Counted from the stretch's first letter, positions 49,046 through 58,533 are shown. The stretch is 64,000 nt of DNA from an uncultured Kiritimatiellota bacterium (GCA_944389945.1 CALXOF010000011.1:539-64538); one strand, 5' to 3'. The notes: a model not told the origin generated them from the letters alone. Translations and numbers: made by a program.

Positions 49046-49089
49046 GGGCAAAGAGCCCCCCGCCGGTGCCCCTTAAAGGGGCTTTCGCG

Positions 49090-49160
49090 GACCCTTAAGG
49101 GTTTCGCCTCGGACCACTATAGGGTCTCACCTCGGACCCTTAAGGGTTTCTCCAAGAGCC
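49090..49160 (-). repeat. REP-like element copy A6 (truncated)
   Basis: Contains GGACCACTATAGGGTCTCACC and two ACCCTTAAGGGT palindromes. Confidence 0.7.
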
Positions 49161-49415
49161 CTCCAGCCCCCTGGGGAAAGGGGGCCGGATGGCCTCTACA
49201 TCTGCTATATAATTATATAATAAGGTAGGGGCGAAAGGGGCGCTGATGCGCCCCGGAGAACGGTGCCAGTTTCCACGAAGACACAAAAGGAACGCAAGGG
49301 CCTGGGCACTTCACCGTTCGGCGCATATGCGCCTCACTCACTATCCCCATCCCTTGCGTTTCTGGAGTTTTGTGATACAACAGTTTTGTGATACAACAGT
49401 GATGGGAAATAAAAG

Positions 49416-49448
49416 TGACGGGGACATGCCCCGTCACTTTCGATTGGC
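49416..49448 (-). terminator. Rho-independent terminator after the acidic protein gene
   Basis: Perfect hairpin GTGACGGGGCATGTCCCCGTCAC followed on the minus strand by TTTTATTTCCC. Confidence 0.65.
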
Positions 49449-49488
49449 CATTCAGCCGATGCTGTTGTCGCGGCTTTCGCCGACAGGC

Positions 49489-50331
49489 TCAGTCCTCCTC
49501 GCCGTCTTCGTCTTCCTCGTCGTCCAACGGCTTGACGAGGGCAAAGAATTCCTCCACCGCGTCATTGACCTTCTTGATCAGGTGGTTGACGTCTGTCCGG
49601 TCGGCCTTCTTGGGAAGGTTTTCCGGGGTGATCAATTCGCCGAGGTCCTCCGTGAGGTGCTTGATACGGCCGATATAGGCATGGGTGTCGCTCGTGATCG
49701 AACGCAAGAGTTGATGTCGGTGCTCGGGGTCTGCGATTTCGTTGGCGAGGATGTTGGCGAAATGAAGGGTCGTGGAAGGATCGGCAATCATGAGGACAAA
49801 CCGAAAGCCCTCGATGGTCCCGGAGGGGTCAATGGTAATCCGGGGATCCTCTTTCAAGATGGAGATAAGGAAAGAGGCGGTGTGAAGATCGTCTGTCGCG
49901 GCGTTGACGAAGTTGGCGCGCCCATATTCCTTCACAATCTCGTCCAATTCCTCGGCAGAGAGGTCGTCGAGGGGCTCATCTCCCGTCTCCTCTTCCTCCG
50001 CATCTTCCTCTTCTGAGACCTCACTGTCGCCATCGTCGTCCTCGTCTTCCGGTTGGACGACGAGGCGGTCGTAGAGATCGGAGATGGATTCGGCGCGTCC
50101 GGGGAGGCCACGGCTATCCCGGATGACACCCCAATCCTCGTCCTTGATTGCGATGTCGAGGTCACCGACAAACCCGATGTGAAGCACATCCTTGTCCTTC
50201 TCATCGAAGCAAACCCCCTGGATGTCCTGCCACCCAACGAGGAAGCCACCTCGGCACTTCGGCAAGAAAAGTCCCTCTTCCACAAAAATCGCCGCATAGG
50301 CGAGTTCGGGGTTTTCGTCTACATTGTCCAT
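49489..50331 (-). CDS. Hypothetical acidic protein (poly-D/E stretches)
   Basis: 280-aa ORF with reasonable composition and a strong downstream terminator; no motif recognised. Confidence 0.5.
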   Translation of the reverse strand: MDNVDENPELAYAAIFVEEGLFLPKCRGGFLVGWQDIQGVCFDEKDKDVLHIGFVGDLDIAIKDEDWGVIRDSRGLPGRAESISDLYDRLVVQPEDEDDDGDSEVSEEEDAEEEETGDEPLDDLSAEELDEIVKEYGRANFVNAATDDLHTASFLISILKEDPRITIDPSGTIEGFRFVLMIADPSTTLHFANILANEIADPEHRHQLLRSITSDTHAYIGRIKHLTEDLGELITPENLPKKADRTDVNHLIKKVNDAVEEFFALVKPLDDEEDEDGEED

Positions 50332-50676
50332 GATTCAACCTTCCTTCTGGATTGTCTTTCGTGCGGTAGACACCGGGCAGACTTCCCGCCAAGCATATCA
50401 CGCAACGCCATTGTAGCATAATCCCCGCGACAACCAATAATATCGGGGAGAGCTTTTCACGAAGACACAAAGGAACGCAAGGGACTGGCACAAGGGGCGC
50501 TAGCGCCCCCCGGAGATTAGCTGATTGGCTGATTGGTGGCGGCTGACGCCGCTCTGCACAACGCCCCCTCCGTCGCGCGCTTGCCGCGCGTTCCGTTCTC
50601 CGTGGCCGTGGAAGGTTTGTCCCTTCGGGCCTGCACGCTCCGTTTTCCGTTCTCCGGGGATGGCCATCGGCCGCCC

Positions 50677-50692
50677 CCTATTATGTTATAAT
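50677..50692 (+). promoter_or_regulatory. -10 box (TATTATGTTATAAT) upstream of flp
   Basis: TATAAT ends 8 nt before the ATG at 50699, implying a leaderless or very short leader. Confidence 0.4.
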
Positions 50693-50698
50693 GACGGC

Positions 50699-50842
50699 AT
50701 GAGATCCGGGCAGACGATGGTCGAGTATATCCTGGTGCTGGTGGCGCTCTTGGGGGCGGCGCTGGCGGCGGGTTTCTTGGTCAGGGCCGTGGACGCGCAG
50801 GAGGCGCGGACGGAGACGTTGCTCGGGTCGGGTTACCCTTAA
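50699..50842 (+). CDS. Flp-family type IVb pilin 1
   Basis: MRSGQTMVEYILVLVALLGAALAAGFLV has the Flp G-x4-EY prepilin peptidase motif; 47 aa. Confidence 0.7.
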   Translation: MRSGQTMVEYILVLVALLGAALAAGFLVRAVDAQEARTETLLGSGYP

Positions 50843-50858
50843 AGGAAAGGACCGAACG

Positions 50859-51095
50859 ATGCGGATGCGTAAGAGCAAGCAAGGTCAGGCGATGGTGGAA
50901 TACATCATCATCGTGGTGTTGATCGCAATCGCCGGCATCGCGCTGTGGACGCTCTTCGGCGACGCCATCGCGAAGAAGGTCTCCGGCGCCACCTCGGCCA
51001 TCGACGAGGAGAAGGGCTCCGAGGCCCAGGACGCCTACCAGGAGATGGAAGGCGGCGAGGGTCTGCGGCGCTTGGACGAAAGCGGCAATATGTGA
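50859..51095 (+). CDS. Flp-family type IVb pilin 2
   Basis: MRMRKSKQGQAMVEYIIIVVLIAIAGIALWTLF has the same G-x4-EY motif; 78 aa. Confidence 0.7.
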   Translation: MRMRKSKQGQAMVEYIIIVVLIAIAGIALWTLFGDAIAKKVSGATSAIDEEKGSEAQDAYQEMEGGEGLRRLDESGNM

Positions 51096-51637
51096 GCGCG
51101 CGACGCGACAACGGCCAACGGCGCGGTCAGGCGATGATTGAGAGCCTGATCGTCTTGGTCTTTTTGTTGGCGGCGTTCTACTTCCTCTACGACTTCGCCT
51201 ACGCGGCAGTGGCGCGCACGCTCCTGGAGAACGGCGCGGCCAGCGCGGCGCGGGCAGATGCCGTAGGCTTCAACGATTTCCAACAGGCCAAGAGTCTGCG
51301 GGTGGGAATGATTCCCGTCTCGGGCCGCCGCTTGGTGCCCGACGGCGGGCGCCAGGTGAACGGCGCGGGCGGGGAATTGGCCCTGGTGCGTACCTATTTG
51401 CAGACTCAGAACTGGTCGGAGGCGAACGGCGTGCTCAACTATGAGCGCTGGGAGGGGCTGACCCACACGGCGCGGCAGGATGGGGGCCTCTCGCGCGTGG
51501 AGGCGACCTTCGAGATGCCGATGGGGATGCCGTGGCGCTTGGGCGCAATCTTCGGCTATGCGCCGTGGGACGACACGCGGGAAATCCGCGCGGATTGGGC
51601 GGTGGAGGACCATGCGTCGCTCTATCTCTCGCGCTAA
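51092..51637 (+). CDS. TadE-like pseudopilin
   Basis: GTG start; leader VSARRDNGQRRG followed by QAMIESLIVLVFLLAAFYF (G-x4-E). Size and layout typical of TadE/TadF. Confidence 0.6.
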   Translation: MSARRDNGQRRGQAMIESLIVLVFLLAAFYFLYDFAYAAVARTLLENGAASAARADAVGFNDFQQAKSLRVGMIPVSGRRLVPDGGRQVNGAGGELALVRTYLQTQNWSEANGVLNYERWEGLTHTARQDGGLSRVEATFEMPMGMPWRLGAIFGYAPWDDTREIRADWAVEDHASLYLSR

Positions 51638-52928
51638 GGCCGGCCAAGCGGTGGTCTTGCTGCTGGCGCTCTTGGTGGCGCTCGCGGCCATCGTGGTCTG
51701 GATTGCCGTCTCGAACAGCCTCACCCTGCGGCGTCTGCGCCTCCGCGACGGCGGGGACGCGGCGGCGCTCGCGGCGGCGCGTTGGCAGGCGGCGGGGCTG
51801 AATCTGGTGGGCGAGCTGAACCTCATCCAGGCCTATATGTTGGCAGACAACGCGGACAACGCCGCGGCCGCGGAGGCCCTCCACGAACTGCGCCAGCGTG
51901 TCCAGTTGGCGACCCCCTTCCTGGCGCTCGTCTCGGCCAGCGAGACGGCCGCGGCCAACGACCTGCCGGAGATTCCGGAAGCGGCGGAGGTGGTGCGCGA
52001 AATCGCCGACGAGGCCCTCTTCCAAGACTTCTATCCCGGCGCGGAGGCGGACTTCCGCGCGATGGCCCAGGCGGCCACCCTACGTCCCCTCCATGCGGCC
52101 CCGGCCAGTCCGGGAATGGGTCCGGACGGCGGCAACCTCTTGGTGAATCAGGATTTCTACGAAGCCGTGTTGGGCGACGATTGGTGTTGGTTCTGGTTCA
52201 ACGCCTATTCCTTCCTGCAACACTACGGCGGCCACACCCACTTCGGGCCCGTGCCGCCCCTGGCCACGGAGCCCTTCCTCGGCCTCCGCTTGACGACGTT
52301 GGAAACCTCGCTGAACGACCTCATTGGCGCCGGCGCTCCCATCAACGCACAGTTGGTCGAGTTGGGCCACCCCACCCTTCAGCCGCCCGCGGACAACGGC
52401 ACGGCGGCGGCCCTCGAGCGGACGCAGGTGGTGCGGTGGAGCGCCTATGACTCCGGCTCTTGGGGCCCGTGGGAGGCCATGCACGCGGGCGAATTGCCAA
52501 TCGATGGCACGCTGAAAGAGGAATACGACTACTTCGGCGCCTCGGCGGCCATCTCGGTCGCGGAGGAGGGCTATGAGTGGCTGGCCGTGGCCAAGGCCTT
52601 CGGCGACGTGGGCGGCGGCAACCCGACCGCGGCGGGTCTGGTGTTGGGCGGCTTTGACGACGTGCGCCTTATCCCGGTGGACGCGGGCGACGTGGGCATC
52701 ACCGCCTTCAACCCGACGTGGATTCGCCACCTCCGCCGCCATATCCAGAGCTACGCCTCCACGGGCCTGACCTTCGATAACTGCCGTTACTGCGAGGCCC
52801 TGCGCAAGTTCGACAACCGCGCCTGGCGTACCCAAGTCATCGCCTGGCTCGCCCAAAACGGCCACACCTGCCGCCGTCCCACCCCAGACGGCGACGGTTC
52901 CGGCGGCGGCGCCCGATTCGGCCACTAG
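51612..52928 (+). CDS. TadG-like (Tad_N) putative pilus-associated protein
   Basis: MRRSISRAKAGQAVVLLLALLVALAAIVVWIAV is a TadE/TadG-type N-terminus. 438 aa, overlapping the previous gene by 26 bp. Confidence 0.5.
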   Translation: MRRSISRAKAGQAVVLLLALLVALAAIVVWIAVSNSLTLRRLRLRDGGDAAALAAARWQAAGLNLVGELNLIQAYMLADNADNAAAAEALHELRQRVQLATPFLALVSASETAAANDLPEIPEAAEVVREIADEALFQDFYPGAEADFRAMAQAATLRPLHAAPASPGMGPDGGNLLVNQDFYEAVLGDDWCWFWFNAYSFLQHYGGHTHFGPVPPLATEPFLGLRLTTLETSLNDLIGAGAPINAQLVELGHPTLQPPADNGTAAALERTQVVRWSAYDSGSWGPWEAMHAGELPIDGTLKEEYDYFGASAAISVAEEGYEWLAVAKAFGDVGGGNPTAAGLVLGGFDDVRLIPVDAGDVGITAFNPTWIRHLRRHIQSYASTGLTFDNCRYCEALRKFDNRAWRTQVIAWLAQNGHTCRRPTPDGDGSGGGARFGH

Positions 52929-53045
52929 GGGCGGCGGCGTTGCCGCCGCCCTGGAGAACGGAGACCGGAAAACGGAGAACAGAGCGTGCGGCAAGCGCGC
53001 GACGGAGATGCCGCTGTATGACCTCCTTTAGCACATCCCAAAAGG

Positions 53046-53150
53046 GTCCTTTCTGAGACCCTATAGTGGTCCGAGGTCAACCACTATAGTGGTCGGAGGT
53101 GAGACCCTATAGTGGTCGGGGTCGAAACCCTTAGGGGTCCAGAAAGGGCC
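53046..53150 (+). repeat. REP-like palindromic element copy A7
   Basis: GAGACCCTATAGTGGTCCGAGGTCAACCACTATAGTGGTCGGAGGTGAGACCCTATAGTGGTCGGGGTCGAAACCCTTAGGGGTCC. Confidence 0.85.
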
Positions 53151-53232
53151 CTTTAGAGGCCCCCTGCGAACGGTAAAACTTTCCCCGGAGGGCAGTGGGT
53201 GTGCTAGAATAACGGCAGAAAGGATGTGAACG

Positions 53233-54024
53233 ATGAACCTGTGTCTTTTGGGGCCTCTTTGGGGCGATATCTGCGGCGTGCCTTATGAATTCAACCCGGA
53301 ACGTGACCCGGCGCGGTTGGATTTGGCGCATCCGCGGCAGACCTTTTCGGACGATTCCATTTTGACGTTGGCGGTGGCGAAGGCCATCGTGGAGGGCCGG
53401 CCTTACGCGGAGACCATCTTTGAACTAGCCATGCGTTATCCGGATGCAGGATGGGGCGGACGTTTCCGCAGTCTGTGGGTGGTGGGGCGAGACCCGCGGC
53501 CTTACGGCAGCTTTGGCAATGGCGCGGCCATGCGCGTGGCGCCGGTGGGTTGGGCCTTTGATACGGTGGCGGACGTGTTGGCACAGGCGGAGGCTTCGGC
53601 GGCCTGTTCGCACGACCATCCCAAGGGCATCGAAATCGCCCAGGCCACGGCCTTGGCCGTCTTTCTGGCGCGCAAGGGGCAGGACAAGGAGGAAATCCGC
53701 GACGCGCTGGAAGAACGCTTCGGGTGGGACCTTTCCCTGACGTTGCCGGAAATCCGCGAACAGGCGCTCCGCGACGGTTTCGATGAGACGTGGAAGTCCG
53801 TGCCGCCGGCCATCGGTGTCTTTTTGAACACGGAGGACTTCACGGACTGTCTCCGCCAGACCATCGCCTTGGGGTGCGACGCAGATACGCAAGCGTGTAT
53901 CTCGTGCGCCGTTGCGGAGGCGTATTATGGTCCGGACGAGGCGCTCCTGCCGCGGGTGCTGGCGCACCTGGACAAGCCGCTCGCCCGTATCTTGGAGGCC
54001 TTCTGCGGAAAGTTCGGCGTGTGA
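53233..54024 (+). CDS. ADP-ribosylglycohydrolase family protein
   Basis: GDICGVPYEF..DDS and GSFGNGAAMRVAPVG motifs of the ARH/DraG fold. Confidence 0.8.
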   Translation: MNLCLLGPLWGDICGVPYEFNPERDPARLDLAHPRQTFSDDSILTLAVAKAIVEGRPYAETIFELAMRYPDAGWGGRFRSLWVVGRDPRPYGSFGNGAAMRVAPVGWAFDTVADVLAQAEASAACSHDHPKGIEIAQATALAVFLARKGQDKEEIRDALEERFGWDLSLTLPEIREQALRDGFDETWKSVPPAIGVFLNTEDFTDCLRQTIALGCDADTQACISCAVAEAYYGPDEALLPRVLAHLDKPLARILEAFCGKFGV

Positions 54025-54139
54025 GGGTTTCCCGCAAAGACACCAAAGGAACACAAGGGCCTGGACACAAGGGGGGGCTGACGCCCCTCCCGTTCTCCGG
54101 GCCGGCACTTTCGTGCCGGCCTTATGCTACAATAACGTT

Positions 54140-55264
54140 ATGAATCCGATTACGTATTGCATGAATGTCCACCCGGGAGAGGACTTGGGCGCTGTGATGA
54201 AGGCGTTGGAGACGGTGACCTTGCCGTTGCGCGACGCACTTGGCGAAGAGGAAGTCTTCCCGCTGGGGTTACGGTTTGGCAGTCAGGCGGCCAAGGCCCT
54301 GCGCGTGCCCGAGACGATGCGTTCGCTCGTTGGCTTCATGCAGCGCAACCACTTGACGGTCATCGGCATCAATGGCTTCCCTTATGGGACCTTCCATGGG
54401 CAGACCGTCAAAACCCAGGTCTACGAGCCGGATTGGGAGAACGAGCACCGCGTCTCTTACACGCGCGACCTCTTCTACGCGCTCACGCGTCTGCCGGGGG
54501 CGCGTCTCTCCAACGACCACCGCCTCTCCGTCACCACCGTGCCGCTGGCCTATGACCGCGGGCAGGGCGTCACCGAGGCCATGCTCCGGAACATCTGCGC
54601 GATGGCCCTCTTCCTGCGTAAGCTGGAGGGCTTCACCGGTCTGCGTATGTGCCTGGCCCTGGAGCCCGAACCCGATTGCCTGTTGCAGGACACCCGCACC
54701 ACCATCGACTTCTTCGAGCGCCTCTGGCAACATCCGGATTGGAACCCCGCCTATCGCGACCTCATCGGCCTCTGCTTCGACACCTGCCACTTCGCCGTTG
54801 GCTACGAAGACCCCCTCAACGCCCTCCGCCTCCTCGTCTCGTCTAACGTCCCCATCTCCCGCATTCAGGTCTCCGCCGCCCTCGAATTCACCCAATACGC
54901 CACCGCGAACGACCTGGAGCCCTTCCTCGACTCCGTCTACCTCCATCAGACCGTCCGCCGCGAGGACGATGCCTCCATCACCTGCTTCCCGGATCTCACG
55001 CGCGACATCCTTCCCGAGCTCATCGGCCACCGCGGCCGCATCCACTATCACATCCCCCTCACGTGGAACGGCACCGGCCGCCTGGGCACCACCCGCCACG
55101 CCCTCACCCCCGCCTTCTGGCGCTACGTCCGCGCCGGCGGTTGGCCCGTCGAGATCGAGTCCTACGCCTACTTCGTCTATCCCGACTACCTCCGCACCCG
55201 CACCCTCTCCGAATCCCTCCTCGCCGACTTGAATTGGACTCGCGAGCAACTCCGCAACGCCTAG
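54140..55264 (+). CDS. Xylose-isomerase-like TIM-barrel protein (sugar phosphate isomerase/epimerase family; possibly EboE-like)
   Basis: Start MNPITYCMNVHPGEDLG; internal ALEPEP and CFDTCHFAVGYE motifs resemble the AP-endonuclease-2/xylose-isomerase TIM barrel. ATG is immediately preceded by CTTATGCTACAATAACGTT. Confidence 0.55.
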   Translation: MNPITYCMNVHPGEDLGAVMKALETVTLPLRDALGEEEVFPLGLRFGSQAAKALRVPETMRSLVGFMQRNHLTVIGINGFPYGTFHGQTVKTQVYEPDWENEHRVSYTRDLFYALTRLPGARLSNDHRLSVTTVPLAYDRGQGVTEAMLRNICAMALFLRKLEGFTGLRMCLALEPEPDCLLQDTRTTIDFFERLWQHPDWNPAYRDLIGLCFDTCHFAVGYEDPLNALRLLVSSNVPISRIQVSAALEFTQYATANDLEPFLDSVYLHQTVRREDDASITCFPDLTRDILPELIGHRGRIHYHIPLTWNGTGRLGTTRHALTPAFWRYVRAGGWPVEIESYAYFVYPDYLRTRTLSESLLADLNWTREQLRNA

Positions 55265-55266
55265 CC

Positions 55267-55659
55267 ATGAAGCACAACGTCAAAGTCACCATCCTTGACA
55301 AGAAATGCTATCCTGAGCTCCAGCGACAGTATTGCAAAGACCCCAACGCCGGTCCCTGCCCCTGCTACAACATCGGCGATGAGTTCATCTTTATGCGTGA
55401 TGAAGGGCGCGATGACTATTGGCACCTGGGCCTCAACACCCTCGTCAAGACAACCGGCAATCCCGACACCGTCGCCGGCGGGCCCAAGATGCCCTTCTGC
55501 TCCGAACTCTGGGACGCCATCTCCCGCTATATCTACACCGGTCTGCAGGGCGGCTCCATCATGGAGGGCTGGATGACCCAGGAAAACACCATGATCACCT
55601 GCTGTAACGACGGCACCCGCCCCGTCATCGTCAAAATCGAACGTATCGACTACGAATAA
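55267..55659 (+). CDS. Small cysteine-rich protein, TIGR04076-like
   Basis: 130 aa; MKHNVKVTILDKKCYPELQRQYC..GPCPCYNIGDEFIF matches my recollection of the TIGR04076 family; assignment tentative. Confidence 0.45.
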   Translation: MKHNVKVTILDKKCYPELQRQYCKDPNAGPCPCYNIGDEFIFMRDEGRDDYWHLGLNTLVKTTGNPDTVAGGPKMPFCSELWDAISRYIYTGLQGGSIMEGWMTQENTMITCCNDGTRPVIVKIERIDYE

Positions 55660-55663
55660 GCCC

Positions 55664-57385
55664 ATGCACGTCTTCGCACGCCTGGCCGCCGTGGCCGCAC
55701 TGACGCTCGTCGCCGGGGCGGCCTCCGCCGCGCCGACCTACCTCCTGCAACGGACCGACGGCCCCATCACGGTGGACGGCGTGCTCGACGAGTCCACCTG
55801 GGCCAAGGCCGCGCCCACCAGCCCCCTGCGCGACCTCTCCGGCGGCCCGAGCGACTACGCCGCCGACATCCGCATGGCCTACGACGACACCTGCCTCTAC
55901 GTCGCCGCACGCCTCCCCGCCACGCGCCTCCGCGCCACCCTCACCGAGCGCGACAGCGTCATCTACCGCGACGACGACTTCGAGGTCTTCATCGACCCCT
56001 TCGCCCGCGGCCGCGACTATCTGGAGCTGGAAATCAACCAATTGGGCACCGTGTGGGACCTCTTCCTCACCGCGCCCTACCGCGACCCCGAGTGCCTGGC
56101 CCTGCACGATTGGGACATCAAGGGCCTGAAGACCGCCGTCACCCTCCAAGGCACCCTCAACGACGACACCGATGACCAAGGCTGGTGCGTCGAAATCGCC
56201 TGGCCCTGGGCCTCCATCACCGGCCACTCCAACCACCCCCGCACCGGCACACCCCCGCCCCCCGGCACCGAGATGCGCATGAACTTCTCGCGCGTCGACC
56301 ACCCCGCCCCCGGCGACGAACGCAACACCGTCTGGGCCCCCACCCGCCAGGCCACCATCCACGCCCCCGAGCACTGGGGCCGCGTCCGCCTCTCGCCCAA
56401 CCCCGTCGGCACCCCGGAGGCCTTCCCGCCCACCGTCGGCCTCTGGGTCCACGCCGATAATCCCGACCTCTCCCCCGCCGATGTCCGCGCCTGGAAAGCC
56501 GCCGGCATCACCACCCTCATCCTCGGCGGCACCGACGCCAACATCGCCAAGCTCGCCCAATGGGCCCACACCGAGGGCCTCCGCGCCGTCGCCTGGCTCT
56601 GGGCCCTCAACCGCCCCGACGACCCCGTCGCCCTCGCCCACCCCGACTGGCACGCCGTCAGCCTCGAAGGCAAGTCCACCTTCCGCCCGGAGGACCGTCC
56701 CTTCGTGGCCTACTACCAGTTCCTCTGCCCCACCCACCCCGAGGTCCGCGCCTACCTCGCCGACAAGGCCCGCGCCCTCGCCGCGCTCCCCTGCGTCGAC
56801 GCCGTCCAGCTCGACTACATCCGTCTGCCCGATGTCGTCCTCCCCAAGGCCCTCTGGCCCACCTACGGCCTCGACATGTCCACCCTCCTCCCGCCCTACG
56901 ACTTCTGCTACTGCCCCCGTTGCAAGGCCGCCTTCGGCAAGGAGCCCGACCCCAACGACCCCGCCTGGGCCGACTTCCGCCTCACGCAGGTCGCCGTTGT
57001 CGCCAACACCGTCGCCGACGCCGTCCGCGCCGCCGGCAAACCCTGCGGCGCCGCCGTCTTCCCCACCCCGCGCCTCGCCGCCAAAATGGTCTACCAAGAC
57101 TGGGCCCGTTTCCGCCTCGACTTCGCCCTCCCCATGGACTACGCCTCCTTCTACAGCGAAGGCGACCCGTGGGTTCTCGACCGCCTCCGCGAGGCCCAAA
57201 GCGCCATCGACGGCGCCTTCCCCATCCTCCCCGGCCTCCACATCCCCGATTTCTACACCCGTCCCGACGCCCTCCGCGCCCTTATCCAGGCCATCCTCAA
57301 AGAAAACCCCGCCGGCTTCTGCCTCTTCTCCGACAGCGAACTCCGCCGCCTCCACGAACAACACCCCACCGCCCCCCTCCTATAA
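55664..57385 (+). CDS. Secreted protein with N-terminal CBM9-like/DOMON-like domain and C-terminal glycoside-hydrolase-like TIM-barrel region
   Basis: Signal peptide MHVFARLAAVAALTLVAGAASA. DGVLDESTWAKA...FEVFIDP..YLELEINQLGTVWD is the CBM9-like fold pattern. The C-terminal half resembles GHL/DUF4015-type domains. Confidence 0.55.
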   Translation: MHVFARLAAVAALTLVAGAASAAPTYLLQRTDGPITVDGVLDESTWAKAAPTSPLRDLSGGPSDYAADIRMAYDDTCLYVAARLPATRLRATLTERDSVIYRDDDFEVFIDPFARGRDYLELEINQLGTVWDLFLTAPYRDPECLALHDWDIKGLKTAVTLQGTLNDDTDDQGWCVEIAWPWASITGHSNHPRTGTPPPPGTEMRMNFSRVDHPAPGDERNTVWAPTRQATIHAPEHWGRVRLSPNPVGTPEAFPPTVGLWVHADNPDLSPADVRAWKAAGITTLILGGTDANIAKLAQWAHTEGLRAVAWLWALNRPDDPVALAHPDWHAVSLEGKSTFRPEDRPFVAYYQFLCPTHPEVRAYLADKARALAALPCVDAVQLDYIRLPDVVLPKALWPTYGLDMSTLLPPYDFCYCPRCKAAFGKEPDPNDPAWADFRLTQVAVVANTVADAVRAAGKPCGAAVFPTPRLAAKMVYQDWARFRLDFALPMDYASFYSEGDPWVLDRLREAQSAIDGAFPILPGLHIPDFYTRPDALRALIQAILKENPAGFCLFSDSELRRLHEQHPTAPLL

Positions 57386-57831
57386 TGCCAGAGATGAGAA
57401 CCGCAGATTGCGCAGATTTGTTGCAGATTTTTGGCGTGCTACCGCACGCAGGACTGCCAGAATAGTTTTATCACAAAGGCCACAAAGAACCACAAGGGCC
57501 ACAAAGGGAATCAACTGATTGGTTGATTGGAAAGGTGTGGGGCGCCGCCCCACGCCCCGGCAGGGAGAAGTTCTCCCTGCACCCCCGGCACGTCTGCGAC
57601 GTGCCAATAGGCGACGCGGTAGGACGGCTAGGACGGGCGGCTTCGCCGTCGGAAGTTTGAAAGTTTAGAGGTTTGGAGGCTTGGCTTGATTGGGCGGGGC
57701 TTCGCCCCACACCCCTTCAACCCCGCCCGTCGCGCGCTTGCCGCGCGCTCTGTTCTCTGTTCTCTGTTCTCTGGGGCGCGTTAGCGCCCCATTTGCCGCC
57801 AGGCAAGGGAAATTGGTATACTTAACTTACT

Positions 57832-58101
57832 ATGAGACGGCTACTCCTTTGGTTGATGGCGTTGGTGGCGTTGCCGGTGGCGGCGCTCCCCGCCCCCGGC
57901 TACTGCGACGAAGTCCACCACCACTTCTTCGCCACCCTCGCCGCCGAACCCGCCGGCCAGCCCCTCGACACCGATGAGAACCTCGCCCCCATCCCCCTCA
58001 CCGCCGCCGAGATCGACGCCGCCATCGATGACGGCACCATCACCGACGGCAAGACCATCATCCTCTGGCACCTCTACAAGCGCAAACACCCCTCCCCCTG
58101 A
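57832..58101 (+). CDS. Small secreted hypothetical protein
   Basis: Signal peptide MRRLLLWLMALVALPVAALPAPG; followed by a strong terminator. Confidence 0.35.
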   Translation: MRRLLLWLMALVALPVAALPAPGYCDEVHHHFFATLAAEPAGQPLDTDENLAPIPLTAAEIDAAIDDGTITDGKTIILWHLYKRKHPSP

Positions 58102-58180
58102 CGCCGGCCGATCGCCGTGCGGATTGGCGGCGCACCGGAAGGTGTCCGACAGAAAGCGGACATACTATATCTAGTAGGTC

Positions 58181-58217
58181 GACCCTTTTGAGACGTGCTC
58201 CCAAAAGGGTCTTTTTT
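58181..58217 (+). terminator. Rho-independent terminator
   Basis: GACCCTTTTG-(loop)-CAAAAGGGTC followed by TTTTTTG. Confidence 0.7.
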
Positions 58218-58334
58218 GCCCCCTGAAAAGGTCGGTTTCGGAGGCGTTTTGGGCGCCCTTCCGGGGCACCTTTGCCAGATATTGCACAACCCATTGATTT
58301 TATAGCAACAAAAGAGGGCCTTGTCGAAAACCTG

Positions 58335-58445
58335 AAAAGTCTCGCGGAGAAACCGTTAGGGTTTTGAGGTGAAACCTCCTAGGTTTCGGGTCCAAACCGT
58401 AACGGTTTCGAGGTGAAACCTAGGAGGTTACAAAACGCACCCTTT
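58335..58445. repeat. Two tandem about 40-bp units, each internally palindromic (GAGGTGAAACCTCCTAGGTTTC / GAGGTGAAACCTAGGAGGTTAC)
   Basis: aaaccgttagggttttgaggtgaaacctcctaggtttc followed by aaaccgtaacggtttcgaggtgaaacctaggaggttac, in an AT-richer convergent intergenic region. Confidence 0.6.
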
Positions 58446-58533
58446 GGCGCGGAGATTGAGCCCCAAAAGGTCGCCTCCCCAAAAGGGGGCGACCTGCTAC
58501 ATCTAGTGGCACCGGGGGTGTCGGGGCGGAGGG

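Noticed and set aside
55631-57364. 577-aa minus-strand ORF
   Set aside because: Shadow of the CBM9-like/GH-like gene; GEAG-rich low complexity.
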